From NCBI GenBank assembly GCA_002104905.1, contig MCFE01000029.1, positions 124,001 through 188,000 of the forward strand: a stretch of DNA of 64,000 nucleotides, written 5' to 3'. The position numbers and the translations under genes were made by a program. Below the pieces are notes generated by a model. It saw only the letters and a list, made by a program, of their open reading frames with translations, was not told where the DNA came from and searched no databases. This document shows positions 1 through 13,251 of this stretch, in pieces. Source of the DNA: Basidiobolus meristosporus CBS 931.73. Taxonomy: Eukaryota; Fungi; Basidiobolomycota. Every line of letters starts with the position of its first letter. The first letter of the stretch is position 1.

Positions 1-1679
1 GCGCTTAGCCAAGTAACCTTGTGATTTTCTTTAGATATCTCCCCAGTAGCTGCTTACTACGGTAACAGAGCTGCGGCCGCTATGATGCTTAGAAAGTACA
101 AGGATGCAGTAGAGGATTGTCGTAAGGCGATAGCCCTTGATGACACCTTCCAAAAGGTATTGTTTTCATAGCGCACTTTACATCTTGATTGCAATGTGGC
201 TGATGGTTTGAAAAAGGGCTACTTCCGTTTGGCTAGATGTTATTTGGCTTTGGGTAGCTTATCGGAGTCTGGGCGTCAATTCAACCTTATCCTTCAAGCG
301 GATCCTATGAATGCTCAAGCCCGCAAGGAGTTGAATAATCTTCAAAACTACCAAATTCTTTTGGAACAAACTGGTTCCTATTTCGAAGCCAAGGATTATT
401 CTCATGCACTGGCATGTATTTCCAAGCTGATTTCCACTGTAGAGACTAGCTCCGACGGTATTACTGCACCTGTCAAATGGAAGTTGCTTCGTGGTGAAAT
501 CTTGTGCGCTACCAAGAATTTCGATGATGCAGTAAGGATTGCAAGGTATGTGCCATGACTTTGAAACGTTCTGTGTATTGGAAATACTAATGTTGTACTT
601 GCATTCAAAAGTGAAGTGATGCGTGCGGATCCAACCAATCCTGATGCCTTATACTTGAGAGCCACCATTCTTTACCGTCAAGGTGACCACGCTAAGGCTC
701 TGGCTCATTGCACAGAAGCTTTGAGATGTGATCCTGACTACCACAAGGCGAGAACTTTGTTGAAGGTAATTGTTTGCATAGTTGGAAGCCGAAGCCGCGA
801 GTACTCATCATCTTTCATCTATAGACCATCAAAGCCATCGACAGCAAGAAGAAAGCCGGAAACGAGGCTTACTTGGCCGGTAACTACCAAGAAGCTTACG
901 ACTTGTACTCCGCTGCCCTCGAAATCGATAGTGACAACTCCCTCAGTAACTCCAAGATCTACAGCAATAGGGCTACTGCCTCTGCTAAGGTAATCCTCAT
1001 CTATCGTCTTTAACTAGGTTCTTCTACTAATGATGACATTTAGATGAACAAATATCAACAAGCAGTTGATGATTGTAACGTTGCTATCGAGCTGGACCCT
1101 AGCTTTGTCAAAGCTTACAGACGTAGGGCAGACAACTATCTCAAACTCGAAATGTTCGATGATGCTGTTAAGGACCTCCGCAGCGCTCTAGATCTGGATC
1201 AGGGCAACCGTGAAATTCGTCAAGAGCTACACAATGCCGAGTTGGAGTTGAAGAAGTCTAAGCGCGTCGACTATTACAAGGTGTTGGGTGTTAGCAAGGA
1301 TGCCAGTGATAGCGAGATTAAAAAAGCCTACAGAAAGCTTGCTCTTCAATATCACCCAGACAAGAATGCTGGCGATGAACAGGCCGAGGTCAAGTTCAAG
1401 GAAATTGGTGAGGCATATACCATTCTTTCGGATCCTGCTAAGCGTCAACGATTTGATTCCGGTGCTGACCTTGAAGGCGGTATGGGTATGGGTGGAGGTT
1501 TTGGAGGTGACGATCTCAACGACGTGTTCTTCCAGATGTTCACTGGTGGCCAAGGCGGCTTTGGAGGTGCTCATGGCGGTTTTGGTGGAGGATTTGGCGG
1601 CCATAGTCATGGTTTTGGAGGTGGCAGACAGTATAATGGTGGCTTTCCTTCTGGATACAGTCAATTTGGTGGATTTTAA
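1..1679 (+). CDS. DNAJC7: TPR + J-domain co-chaperone (DNAJC7/Tpr2-like), 5' end outside window, multi-exon
   Basis: TPR helices ([34 protein letters not shown]) followed by a J domain (DYYKVLGV...[10 protein letters not shown]) and a G/F-rich tail. GT-AG introns at ~157-216, ~547-612, ~767-822 and ~990-1043 join the ORF-track pieces. Confidence 0.92.
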
Positions 1680-2985
1680 ATGTACATTACCCATTATATG
1701 TGTATCTACCGGGTAGATAGATATCAACGGCGCATCTTTAGTACTTTAATTCTTAAAATCACCTTGTCCTGAATGTACAACACATCTTTCCGCATCCAAA
1801 CCTGCTACCTTGAATTACTTATCAGGACTTCCTTTTCTTATGCTCTCAGACCATTTCACCATCTCTCTTCCATATTGTTTATGTACTCATCCTTTCCTGT
1901 ACTATTACATGATTTTCGAATTGTAATACGGACCCGTATAGAAACAATTTATAAATTCGTTGTTAGATATAACCTCGAGACCTGACGGCTTACTGATTGA
2001 CGTATCTGCTTCACTAGAATGTTTCGACAGTGCCACTCGCACCAACCCTAGATTTTCTACCCCTCATCATGGTGCAACGAGGTGGCAATTGATACAGACC
2101 AGTTAACTAGCATTATTTCCGAATCTTCACAAGGATGCGTAGCATTGAAGTGCTCGTTTCTAGTTTTCGTTTTGGTTATGCCAACTTCAAGGCCTGCATG
2201 GTAATTCCCATCCAAAAGATCTTTGGTGAGGGCTCAGCCATTGGGGAGCCTAATGGTCAACAACTCACAATTGCAATAACTTTACTCCATAATGAAGCAC
2301 CCTCTAGACCACTAGCCTACATTAGCAAGTGATCTACCATCTTCCAAATATCAAATGTTTGGTATGCTATTTGACCAGATCTTTGTTTTGAGTTCCGCAG
2401 AAGCCAAAGAGCATATGCCATTAAGCTCCTTTGATGGTTGCCATCCCATCCTCACTATCACAGCTTACCAGCAAATACAGTGTTGATTTGTAACCTTACT
2501 CAGGCATACTAATGAATCATGCCCATGGATGCTCCATTTACGCATGTAGTATCATAGAATAACCCCTACCCACTTTGGTAGCTTCTGGCGAATCGCAAAG
2601 AATAGAATCCGTGCCATTCTGCATACTACACTTGGAGAATTTGCTACAGATAGGAGTAAGTTTATGGTAGCGTAGAATCTGGTATTTATGGATTTGTTAC
2701 GAACTAGTTGAATATTTCTAGCCCATTGATATATGAATGACGCGTTGGAGTTCCCAAGCAAAGGGCATTGCTTATTATGGTAGCTCAGCAACTGTAGTCA
2801 TTTTTCCAGCAAACCCATCGTTATTTACTATATTTCGTACCAGTATCGAGTGTATACTGTTTGAACGATGTTTACAATCAACAGGCAAGTGGTTAGGGTT
2901 TATTTCGATTCGAACTTCACACCTTACTATAATTATACATCTTGGTTCTGTGATACGACCCTGTTATATTCAGAGGATAGATGGC

Positions 2986-3348
2986 TTATTGAGGGGTGAA
3001 CTTTAGACCCAGACGGATAGATCCGGCATCTTCACCCTTCTTGGTCTGAATAGGGTACTCTTGCTCGACTTCTCCAGTTTGGAAGATCTGGTTGAGGTCA
3101 ACCACAGTCTCTCCGATGAGTTTGCTTTTGTCGTAACATTCTACAAAGAGTTCGTTGTTCCCCTCATAGAGGTCAAACTGAAAGCGCTGTTGCCAGGCAG
3201 GGTTGACCGTATCCTTCTTGGCCTCAGTCTGCTGCTTGTTAGCTGAATCCACACGGACAACCAAAGAAGGATCGATCTTTCCGAAGAATTCGATGTTTTT
3301 GAGGTCTTTTCCTTCGATGGCGAAAACGTCAAGAGTTCCACGGGGCAT
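2986..3348 (-). CDS. Small single-C2-domain protein
   Basis: 120-aa intronless ORF with the C2 pattern GTLDVFAIEGKDLK..GKIDP..NPAWQQRFQF..ELFVECYD..LIGETVVDL..GSIRLGLKF. Confidence 0.85.
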   Translation of the reverse strand: MPRGTLDVFAIEGKDLKNIEFFGKIDPSLVVRVDSANKQQTEAKKDTVNPAWQQRFQFDLYEGNNELFVECYDKSKLIGETVVDLNQIFQTGEVEQEYPIQTKKGEDAGSIRLGLKFTPQ

Positions 3349-4408
3349 GATGTATAGGCAGAGAGAGTATGAAAAGGTGGCTATGAAATTTAACTGTAAT
3401 GATGTCTAACGAATATTGTCCAAGGTATTTATATATAATAGGGGTGGAGAAGGACAAGTCTTCGGCTGTGATTACGTTAGTAAACCTTAGGGCCAACTGA
3501 GTGGCTGTTCCAAAAGTATATTAGCTACATGTTGAAGATATGATCATGATTTGTGCAACAGTGGAACGTCACTCTTATGGTGACAACAATATGTGATATG
3601 AAGTTAACAACCATTCCAGGTATGATGACGTTAGCCTGCAATCAATACTAACGGCATTGTTCATTGTGCCCGCTCGAAATAGTGGTGTTGTACCCAGAAA
3701 CTATTGCACATCCATGTCCAATCCAAGGCATTTAGCAATGAACCTTTGTGGAAGGTGGCTTAGCTCATGCATTTGGCTCCCTTGTAATAAATGAAGGGAT
3801 CCCGATATTCTAGACGACAAGTGTGACGTGTACAGTAGAGAAGTGAAACTCCTTAAACTAAGATCATGCTACCACGTTTAGTGCCTTGGGTTGTAGGGCT
3901 GTACCTTCCTATTGGCATCGTATTAGAAACAGTCCTTAACACACTGTCTCATAAGGCACTTTGTATTGGTGCGTTTGGCGCCGTTCCCTTAAATTTGCAC
4001 AAAACCTCAACAATTGTGAGAGCAGGCAGTAAAGGAGCCGAGGTGCTCTATCCTGTTGACGATTTTTATTATATTCCTTGCTCACAATCTATCGTCGCCC
4101 CGTTATACGAGGGCCTATTAAAATCTGCACCGGAAGTGGCATCGTACTCTAACCTCAACCCCATATGTCACCAAAATCTAATCTAAGGTAGTCCTCGAAT
4201 CCTATGTATTTAGACGGTACAGTGCTCATCCATCTGAAGTGAGGTAATTGATGATTGTTTGCTTCCAGTTAGGTAATGAAGGCATAATATGTAGACTGAA
4301 TCAGACTACCGAGTCTCAAGTATAGGCTGACTCACCACAGTTGTAAAGCTTTAAGATGGATGCGTCTGCCTGTACATATTTTCCAATCCTGAAAAGAACC
4401 ATCCAACT

Positions 4409-5107
4409 ATGACAGAAAAGACATCAAGTCCGGCCGACGGTAACTCAAGCTTCGTATCTAAGGCTTTGCAGGCGGGCGCATCCATTACACAGTCCTTTGA
4501 CCCGGTCAAAAACATATGCCAGCACCTATGTGGGATCCATTTTTATGCCGATGATATGAGCCGACAGGTGGTGGCACACCACTACTGTACACAAATGTCA
4601 GAGGATATGTACCAATGCATTATTTTCGATTCAGATGAGCCAAATGCAAAGCTTATTGGTATCGAGTATGTTGTGAGTGAAGCAGTGTTCAAAACGCTCC
4701 CTGAAGAAGAAAAGAGGTTCTGGCACTCCCACAGATTTGAGGTCGGGTCAGGTCTGTTAACACTACCAACAATTGTGTCTAGTGGCGTAGAATCAAAAAT
4801 GGAGACGAAGGCGCTAAAGAATCTACTCAACTCGTATGGAAAAACTGTCCACACATGGCAAGTCGACAGGGGAGACCAGCTACCTTTAGGTCCTCCTCAA
4901 ATGATGATGGCCTTTACAGAAGAAGGTCAGGTTAATCCAAGTTTGACAAAGCAATTGGAGCAGAAGTACTCTATTTCCTACGAGAGCAAGAAGAAAGACC
5001 GGGAAGAACTGAGACAGGAAGCGAGTCCACCCGATCCGGCAGCAGACTCATGGCAGTCCGGTAAAGCTTATCAAATTAAAGTAGAAGGGGTGGATTTCAA
5101 AAGATAG
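4409..5107 (+). CDS. DUF1264 / oil-body-associated-protein-like (OBAP)
   Basis: Motifs HLCGIHFY..RQVVAHHYC, QCIIFDSDEPNAKLIGIEYVVSE, WHSHRFEV, YGKTVHTWQVDRGDQLPLGPPQMM. Intronless. Confidence 0.85.
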   Translation: MTEKTSSPADGNSSFVSKALQAGASITQSFDPVKNICQHLCGIHFYADDMSRQVVAHHYCTQMSEDMYQCIIFDSDEPNAKLIGIEYVVSEAVFKTLPEEEKRFWHSHRFEVGSGLLTLPTIVSSGVESKMETKALKNLLNSYGKTVHTWQVDRGDQLPLGPPQMMMAFTEEGQVNPSLTKQLEQKYSISYESKKKDREELRQEASPPDPAADSWQSGKAYQIKVEGVDFKR

Positions 5108-5504
5108 CGTAGGGCTTCTATTAGTTTCAGCCGATTTCAAAATAAAAATGCCTAACGATCAGAAGGTAGAGAAAATTCGCATTTATCAGTAAGCAGATTG
5201 TTAGATGTTTTACCCACCACAAGAGCGCTAGTGTACCATCTAGTGGCAGCTATTATATCACTGTAGCTACAGCATTGCCATATTTAATCGATTTATGTTA
5301 ATGAAGCCAGAGGATTACTTATTTTTGTCGTGCATATGAAGGCTTGCTCTATAAAACTACGTGTGCCACTGGTGTTTAAGGTACTTTATTTATAAACAGA
5401 AAATGGTGGTGGTTGTCGATTTCACGGGCTGTAAGCAAATGTGACCAGATAAGGGCTTCTGTGCGGGATTTGTGGTGCATATGAGAGCTTCTAAAGATAT
5501 GCGC

Positions 5505-7059
5505 CTATTTATCACTAGTCTTGGATTTGTTGGATGGGTCTTCCCAATTATATTCTTGAACGTCTCTCTTGAACCCATATTTCTCGACGAATGAGTTGAC
5601 TTCTTTGGGTCCTCGCGAACCATATGGATACATAATTGGCTCGAGCTTCTCATTTTCGATGTAGTGCAGGATTGGTGTAAATATCTTCCAGGCGACATCC
5701 AATTCGTCATCACGCACGAAATTCGAGTGATCCCCAGCCAGAGCATCTAAAATGAGGGCTTCGTAAGCCTCAGGAATTTTGGTGTCGGAGAATCTACGGT
5801 GATAAGTCAGGTCCAACTCTGATATCATGGTGTCCATAGAGAGACCAGGCTTTTTGTTAATCATCTTCATGTACACCGCTTCTCCAGGTTGTACACGAAT
5901 GACTAGCTCGTTGCGTGACAGATTCTCAAAGATAGGATTGGCGACATCCCGAAATTGAATACGGACTTCGGTCTTCAGCTGGTCCAAAGCTTTACCACAC
6001 TTTAAAATAAACGGGACACCTTCCCAGCGGCTGTTCTTTATGAATAGGGTAACGGCGGCATATGTAGGGGTGGTTGAGTCGTCTGGTACTGTTTCATCCT
6101 CTCGGTAGCCCTTTTTCTCACCATCCGTCGAATTGGTGTATTGTCCAATTAGCAAGTCCTCCTTCTTGATAGGGTTAACACACTTGAGCAACTCTACTTT
6201 GGCATCGCGAATTCTCTCCGAGTCCAAAGACTTGGGCTTTTCCATGGTTAGAACCGAAAAAACCTGCAGCAAGTGGTTCTGCATGACATCTCGAATGATT
6301 CCGTACTCATCGAAATAGCCTCCACGCCCCTCAGCACCAAAAGGCTCTTTGAATGTGATCTGGACATTGTCGATATATTCTTTGCACCAGATGGCTCCCA
6401 AGAAGATATTCGCAAACCTCAGGGTCATGATATTCTTGACCATTTCCTTGCCAAGGTAGTGATCTATACGGAAGATCTCTTCTTCGGTAAACAATTTCGC
6501 AAGATCACCTACTAGCTTACGCGAGGACTCGATATCCTTTCCGAAAGGCTTCTCAACGATTAGCCGGCTAAACCCTTTCTTGGTGTATAGTTGGTTCTTG
6601 ATATGGGTTGCAACCGTTGTGAAGACTGAGGGTGGCAAAGCCATGTAGAATAGACGATTCTTTTTTTCATGCTTGCTCTTCTCTTCCAGCTTATTTATGT
6701 ATTCATTTAGCTTCTTGAATGGTTCATCTTCATCATATTTCCCTGGGAAATAATGTAGGTTTTTCAAGAACTTTTCAGTGATGTCTTTATCGGCAGGGAT
6801 AGACTTCAAGTTGGGCTTGATCTTCTCGCGGAATTCATCGATCTCCAATTTGGTTCGGGCGTAGCCAATAATTTGGGTGTCTTCTGGTAGAAAGCCATTT
6901 TTGTAGAGTCCGTGGAGCGCTGGGTACGTCTTCTTCTTAGCCAGATCGCCTGACGCTCCGAATACTAGGGAAAGGTTTAGGAAAGCAGAAACTTACTAGA
7001 GTAGCAACAGGAAGAGACTCACCAACAATTACAGTGTTTTGCTTGGTTAAATCGTACAT
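5505..7059 (-). CDS. ZWF1: Glucose-6-phosphate 1-dehydrogenase
   Basis: ATG at 7059 (MYDLTKQNTVIV), intron 6965-7022, then VFGASGDLAKKKTYPAL in frame with ORF 5505..6848. Contains RIDHYLGKEM, GRGGYFDEYGIIRDVMQNHL and YEALILDAL. Confidence 0.97.
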
Positions 7060-8049
7060 CTTCAGACCTTTGATGGATAGTTGGCCACGTCGATAGGTGT
7101 AGAGAGTAAGTGGCGAATGTATGATATGGGAATCCAGGGGGCAATGGTCGGAAGGGCGGTTAAATAGAGACAAACAAGAGTCCCAGTGACGTAGATGTAC
7201 TGGAAATCTCGGCAATATTAAGTTGATCCTAGGGATGCGTGATATTAGCGCATAAAGGCTGATGTGGCTTGGAAGGCCTTAGTAAGAATTAATAATCATC
7301 GGATACTTGACCTAAGAGAGGAACGTCCTGATGGATCTTATTAAAAAATAAGCCTGATGGGGCTATTGGATGATGGGATGCATGTTGGCCTCAGGCCTAT
7401 GTGCTGGGATTGTATTTGTCATGGTGAAATCAATAGCATTGTCACGGTGAAATCCCCTTTGACCGGATAAATCTGGCCTATGGAATCATGGCCCACCTGC
7501 CACGCTCACCTCAAGTAAGCACTGGCTGGTTGATTTGCGCAATAATATCCAAGCACTCATCCCATCCCATCAGCCTTCTTCGACCTTGCAAAATGATCGC
7601 CAAATAAATACGCCATTGTATGGAAACAGCCAGTGCGATATTAATACGATCACAGCCACAAAACAATGACGGAATCCGCTATCAGATAAATAATTTGTCA
7701 ATGGACATGCGTCAACGCGATGTCAAAATGGGATTTCAGCTGAGCCTGTACAAGATGAAGTGGTGACTGCACCCGGCCTGTTTCGGTGATTTCACTGCAT
7801 CTCCCAATTTGGAAAATGATGATTTAGGCTACGGAATTGGTTTGGAATGAAATCCATAGCCATCAGAAATGATGGTTGACTTGAGATGGTCTCGGCAACA
7901 TACCAGTGACTGTGCGGAAAAGGTTCCTTCGTTTGCCCCAAATGGACGACCGCCTTTGCGTGTATGTGTGCAGGGGTATCGGGTTAGTGATAGGATTCAA
8001 GAGTTAAGATCACCAAGTAGTGGTAGAGTAGCTGCAGCGGCCATCTGCA

Positions 8050-8225
8050 AAGAAATCCAATCTGGTGCTTTGGTGAAATAAAACCTTGTGCAAGGCAATT
8101 CAATTTTCCCCCATCTAAGACAAACACTCGGTCACTATCAGGATGGTGCTGATACGATGGAGCACCGGAAATATGGCTGAAAACTCCCAACGAATAGATT
8201 GCCTGGTCTTAGAATCTACGACTAA
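8050..8225 (-). pseudogene. Relic of the C-terminus of an ABCC/MRP-type ABC transporter NBD2
   Basis: Minus strand reads VDSKTRQSIRWEFS..HRISTI, then after a frameshift DSDRVFVLDGGK. This matches the ABCC tail VD.ETD..IQ.TIR.EF...IAHRL.TI.DSDRILVLD.GK. No Walker motifs were recognised upstream. Confidence 0.6.
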
Positions 8226-10442
8226 CAACATTTGAGATCGCCTACGTAGAGTCTGGCTCGTGCTGAGCCTAAACTATTGAGAAAAAAGTTACTATATATC
8301 CAATACTTGCTGTTCATCGTGGTGGTGAGGCGTTACCCAATACTATTCTACAGGGAGCCCAAAAGTGCAGAAATGAAGTAGCTGAAGCTGGAGTCTCCGT
8401 ATGCTATCTCTACACAGCTGGTAGTAACTATGATTAGCACTGAAGCTGGATACACTGTCAAAGGTGCAAACACAGGTTGATCAATAAATACATATCGAGT
8501 ATTAAACATGCTTCGAATCCAGCAATTTATACCACATGTACACGCTTTCTGATACTAGGAAGCATGGTCTTTATATCAGGATCCTGAACTGTGATGGGAC
8601 TTGATACTATCAATGGACCAGAATAGGATCAGCGATGGTGTGGGTATTCCTTTGATACTTTCATACTAGTTATTGGTTACATGGTTCCGTCTTGCAATTT
8701 CATTACATGATAGTGATTAGTAGAAGGAAATTGCTTCAGCATGCGCATAATGGCATCACACCAATCTCACGATCACTTGTCTAAATCTCAGCATTGAAAT
8801 GTGGAATGTAATAATAAAATGAATACAATATGGCTTCGAGAATTCATCCAACTGGGAGCCATCTCCTGCGTTTGAGTCGATGTGAACGGATTGAATATAC
8901 CCAGGCTAACTCTCCATTTACAACTTGAAGGATACCATCTTCAGGTGAAACGGATTATTTGTTTATTTTCTGCTACAAGCAAGCCTAATCTAAACCCAGT
9001 AAGCCTTAATAATATTCTCTGCATTGACTACATTCAGTCAAGCATTAGTTGTTGCATTTATATAGGCTTAACCCATAATATGATGTGATGTGTAGAGAAA
9101 ATTGCATTATATCTAATAAAAGTAAAAAAGTCCGTACCCTAGAAATCAATTTGGATTTATTATAAATATGACAAGATCTTCAGTGGCTTCATGGCTAGAA
9201 TAATGCTTCTTAACCACAAGATAATTTTCAAGTGTAAAAATTTGACCAAAAGAACCGCAAAGTACCAAGTAAATTTTGGCTTATGATTGGATGTAATTGA
9301 GTCCACTATTGATTGTTTGGAATATTCCATAGCTAGAAGTGGGATTGGCCCTTGAAAGTAATTTATCAATGGTCTGAACGTCAGGTTTTTGCTTGGTATA
9401 TTGGACATGTGTTTCTTTAGGTTTTGAAGAATTTTTTAACGCTACATATGGGCTGGTATGAGGCCGTGGAAATGTGTCAACAAAGGTTGGTATTCTTGAT
9501 ACGACTTGTGGATTTTTTTATTGCTTCCCAGGACATTTGGATGGGATTGGGATTTTTGATAACTACCAGGGTTTCAACTATTTCAAAGAATTCATCAGTA
9601 CTCAATATTGTGGCAATTCTGTGGCCACAAAAGAAGAGAGACTGATAGAGAATATGCATCACCTGATACTAATGATATATTCGTGACCTATTTTGAGGCT
9701 ATGTTTATCTATAGAGCTTAATATTGCTAGTCTTATTCTTCAATGATCGCGAGTACGTGGCCCAATTGAGATCGCTGCACCCTATGTTATGAATCTATAC
9801 TGTAGGTACGAATTTTGATGTTGGTTGGCTTACAAATTGCGACTTCACAATGGTCAAGCAGTCAATGCGGCCAGCGTTACTGGATACCAAACGAAATAGC
9901 TGATGGTGTGTGGTCGGTACAATAAATTATATTACAAGGGTGTGCTACTATCCAACCTATCAGGCCAATATATAACTATACCGTCGTTACCGCTGCGTGG
10001 ACTTACATTTTTCAAGGGCAAATATCCTTGACGTATCAAATCCCAATTAGTATGATATCTGAGATCAAGCATAGCGGTTTCGGAACGTTCGATTAACTTA
10101 AGTTAGCTTCAATATAATCATATGAAGAAAATCAGAAGGGTCCTGTGCACCCTTCCATAAATGATGCTGGAGTTTGAGACAAGCAAAAGCTGAGCGCTAC
10201 TTGGACAAATCCACAAATCCACAAATCTGCACCAACTTCAACATCAGAGAGATTTCTTTATTTAGAAGCCAGTGATAGGACCCTGGGGTTTTGCCACTAG
10301 TATAAATGCTCGGTAATCAGACTCCACACGAAAATTCCTATCCTATTTCTTGTGTTGACGTGCACCTCACCCTTCCTTTGTCCTTTGCTATCATAAAAAT
10401 CTTTCTAGCGCCACAATAGCACACGAATAGATAGATAAATAT

Positions 10443-11308
10443 ATGGGCAGTGATATACCCTTGGTATCGCAGAACCCAGTTCTGCATCATGATCTTGGTC
10501 TAGTGATCGCTGCTATGTCGATTCCTGTTGCTATTAGCACTGTTTACCACAGTATCATTACAGTTATGCACCACAAACACCTGATATTCAAGTTAAACTT
10601 ACTACCCGCAGTACTTTTGTTAGTTAATTCAGTGATACAGCTATGCGGGTACTTTGTTGGCAGTTTCCCTTGTAAAGCTCTCTACTTCATTTTCGCAATC
10701 ACGTTCGTCATCAGTGTGATGTCATTGGACACTATACTGTATCTCAAGGCAAAGTCAGTCCACAAGAGGCCAAAGCTCCTTACCTCAATCTACATCACTC
10801 TTCGACTGTTGCACTTGGCGATTTGGATCAAACTTGTCGTGGATGTGAGGATCTTTCGTATGGGTGCTGATACATGCGTCAACCTAGCGACACCATATGA
10901 TATGCTCACCCTGATAGTAATTGAAACAACAATCATCATGTACCTGACAGTTCTATTCTTGAACATCATCTACGTGCAATACAAAGAGTCGTCCAGGGCG
11001 ATCTATTCCTTTCTCATCAAGGATGGACTGATCTTCTTGTTGTCCGTTTGCCTCTTCTATTTCTTCATCACAATCCTGAAGTTCACCAACGTGATGAGCC
11101 ATAAAGATCTGTTCAGCATTGGATGTAAGTAGCTTTCACACTGGCGTTTTCAATACCACACTAACCTATCGTTTTAGGGGGTGTATCTTGCAAGCTAATG
11201 ACTGAGCAGGTTTGGAGATCACATCTATGGCGTTTCGAGGCTAAAAAGCCTAGCGACCCTACCCAAACGAGTGATCTTGACACGGATCTGACAATAGAGA
11301 TCAAGTAG
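10443..11308 (+). CDS. Multi-pass (~7TM) GPCR-like membrane protein
   Basis: Consecutive hydrophobic segments with Cys in the putative extracellular loops. One intron (GTAAGT ~11126 to TTTTAG ~11177) adds a final WGVSCKLMTEQVW...IEIK* exon. TATA-like TATAAA at ~10301. Confidence 0.7.
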
Positions 11309-11719
11309 CCGTTTCATCCCGCGGTTCAAAACAAACATTCTCCATGCCACCTTGCAATCCACATTCATCATTAATCCCACCTTACCACCCATATGTACAG
11401 AACATAGTCAGCATTATGAAACACACTTCCTGTTAATAAATGTGGCAGCTGAGGCCTCGAAACAATGATCCACAGAGTACAGATTTAAACTTTCCTCTCT
11501 TCGGTTTGCAAATTAGCCGCCACCAGCTGATCATTGATATATAAATTTCCAAATGCTCTTTCTAGAAGCAATGAGGCCTTGGACGCTTTTGGAAGGTAGA
11601 TTCCCTGGGCAAACCTGAGGTCAGGTGAGGAAATAAGATCGCTGATTGGGCGAAGGGATAGTTCACAAATATGTACTAGATTCTAGAGTCCAGGATATTG
11701 GAGCCCAAGTGGTTGCTAA

Positions 11720-12621
11720 TCATGGATGGATATATTGTGGGTGATAGTGGAGGGGTCGGCCTAAATATGTGCAATCCCTTGATGCCGTTGCCGATTTTAC
11801 CCGTTTGATCGATCATTTTTCGAATTGAACATCCATGTCCCCAAATAGCGCTCAATAGCTGGGTATACATGTAACACGATCAAGGTCAATGCTATTCCCG
11901 GAATATTCGCACATGTTCAAGGTTGGTATGATTGTATCAGTAGCAGAAAGAATATTATCATCAGGCTGCCTCAACCCAGGTTCTGATATGCTGACATAAT
12001 CCGTGTACCTATGAGATGCACTACGAATTAACATTAAGGATAAATTGTGGACTAAATTCACCGATTATAGAAGTGTTCTGATCTACCTTGTTTCCACCCA
12101 AGACATGGCGTCATACTTGGTCATGGTTGGCCATTCCCACAGATGTCCCATGTCTCTTGCTCATTGAATTCGCCATCTAATCGAATATCAAAATGGGAAA
12201 TGTCTGATATTTTCCCCTTCGACCATTCACAACTGGTAGTGCATGAAAAGACAGATGAAACCCACATTTGGCAAGGCAAAATGAAACTGTACCCTGGTCT
12301 ATCTTTGTATATCTCTTTGGTCTGCCAAGATTACATTACCATGGCCTGTCTGCTTTGGATTCACGGCTAAGTTTAGAGCGCCGGACTAGTTGTGAGGAGT
12401 ATATGGTTCTGAAAACTTGGATTCCATCATTCATGAACATCGCCTTTCCCATTATTGGATTATTAGCCATACTGTATACAAAGTATCGCCGAAATAGAGG
12501 TGTGTGTTTATTTAGCTGGTTGGAGTCCATGATAGGCGACATAGCTCAAACGATGGACCGTGGTGCTGATACCTCAGGCGTAGCCAGCATTTGCCATTCA
12601 AGTGTCGCAAGCATCTTATAA
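11720..12621 (+). pseudogene. Probable decayed paralog of the adjacent 7TM gene
   Basis: Fragment LPRLHYHG...TSCEEY...IAFPIIGLLAILYTKYRRNRGVCLFSWL parallels LRLLHLAI...DTCVNL...FLNIIYVQYKESSRAIYSFLI of 10443..11308. The upstream part is broken by stops and frameshifts. Confidence 0.4.
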
Positions 12622-13251
12622 AATACACGCATCAACAAGCTACGCACATTTATTACCTGGGTCTATGTGGATATGCTTGTGATGGATCATTAAATGTATC
12701 TTTTGTTTCACACTCTCGTAAGTTCTCGACAACTCAGCACATGATGAAAAAGCAACCTAAAAATCTATTTGGTGATTTTTGACAATGTACTTTTTGTACA
12801 AGGGCTTCCATAAGAATAGGCTCAAGCAACAATACATATATGGATCTGGTTTAAATTTCGCAAATAAACAGCTTATAATGGTGCACGTACCCCTTCACTC
12901 TGGATTTTTGGTATTCCACCTCACATGCAGTTTAAATTCGATCAACTGCAAGTGAGTATCATGCAAATCGTCTACTTCTCCACATCACTTCCGATACTTC
13001 CCAAATGTACACCGCCAATAGGTAAGCTAACATGTGAGTACAACGCAAATCCTGTGTGCAAAGTATGAAGCACAGCTACTTGCTTGTTAACAAGTCATAA
13101 ACAATACAAACCCTTGGCTGTGCGTAAGGTGAAATACTATTATAGCCCCATAGTGACAAGGTATAAATATTTTCAAGCGCACCAATTTCAAAATATTTAC
13201 AATTTGCAATATTCGGTTTGAACTTATATAGTACTGCACTGATCTTTGCAG

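Noticed and set aside
1990-2950. Possible coding relic between DNAJC7 and the C2 gene
   Set aside because: Frames contain many stops and no recognisable motif.
6965-7022. Internal TAG/GTAAGT overlap in the G6PD intron suggesting recursive splicing
   Set aside because: The 58-nt intron is too short to be split, and the single splice restores the canonical frame.
9120-9700. AT-rich stretch possibly related to the LTR family
   Set aside because: Only short word matches (e.g. AATTTGGATTT) and no termini or TSD; too degenerate to call by eye.
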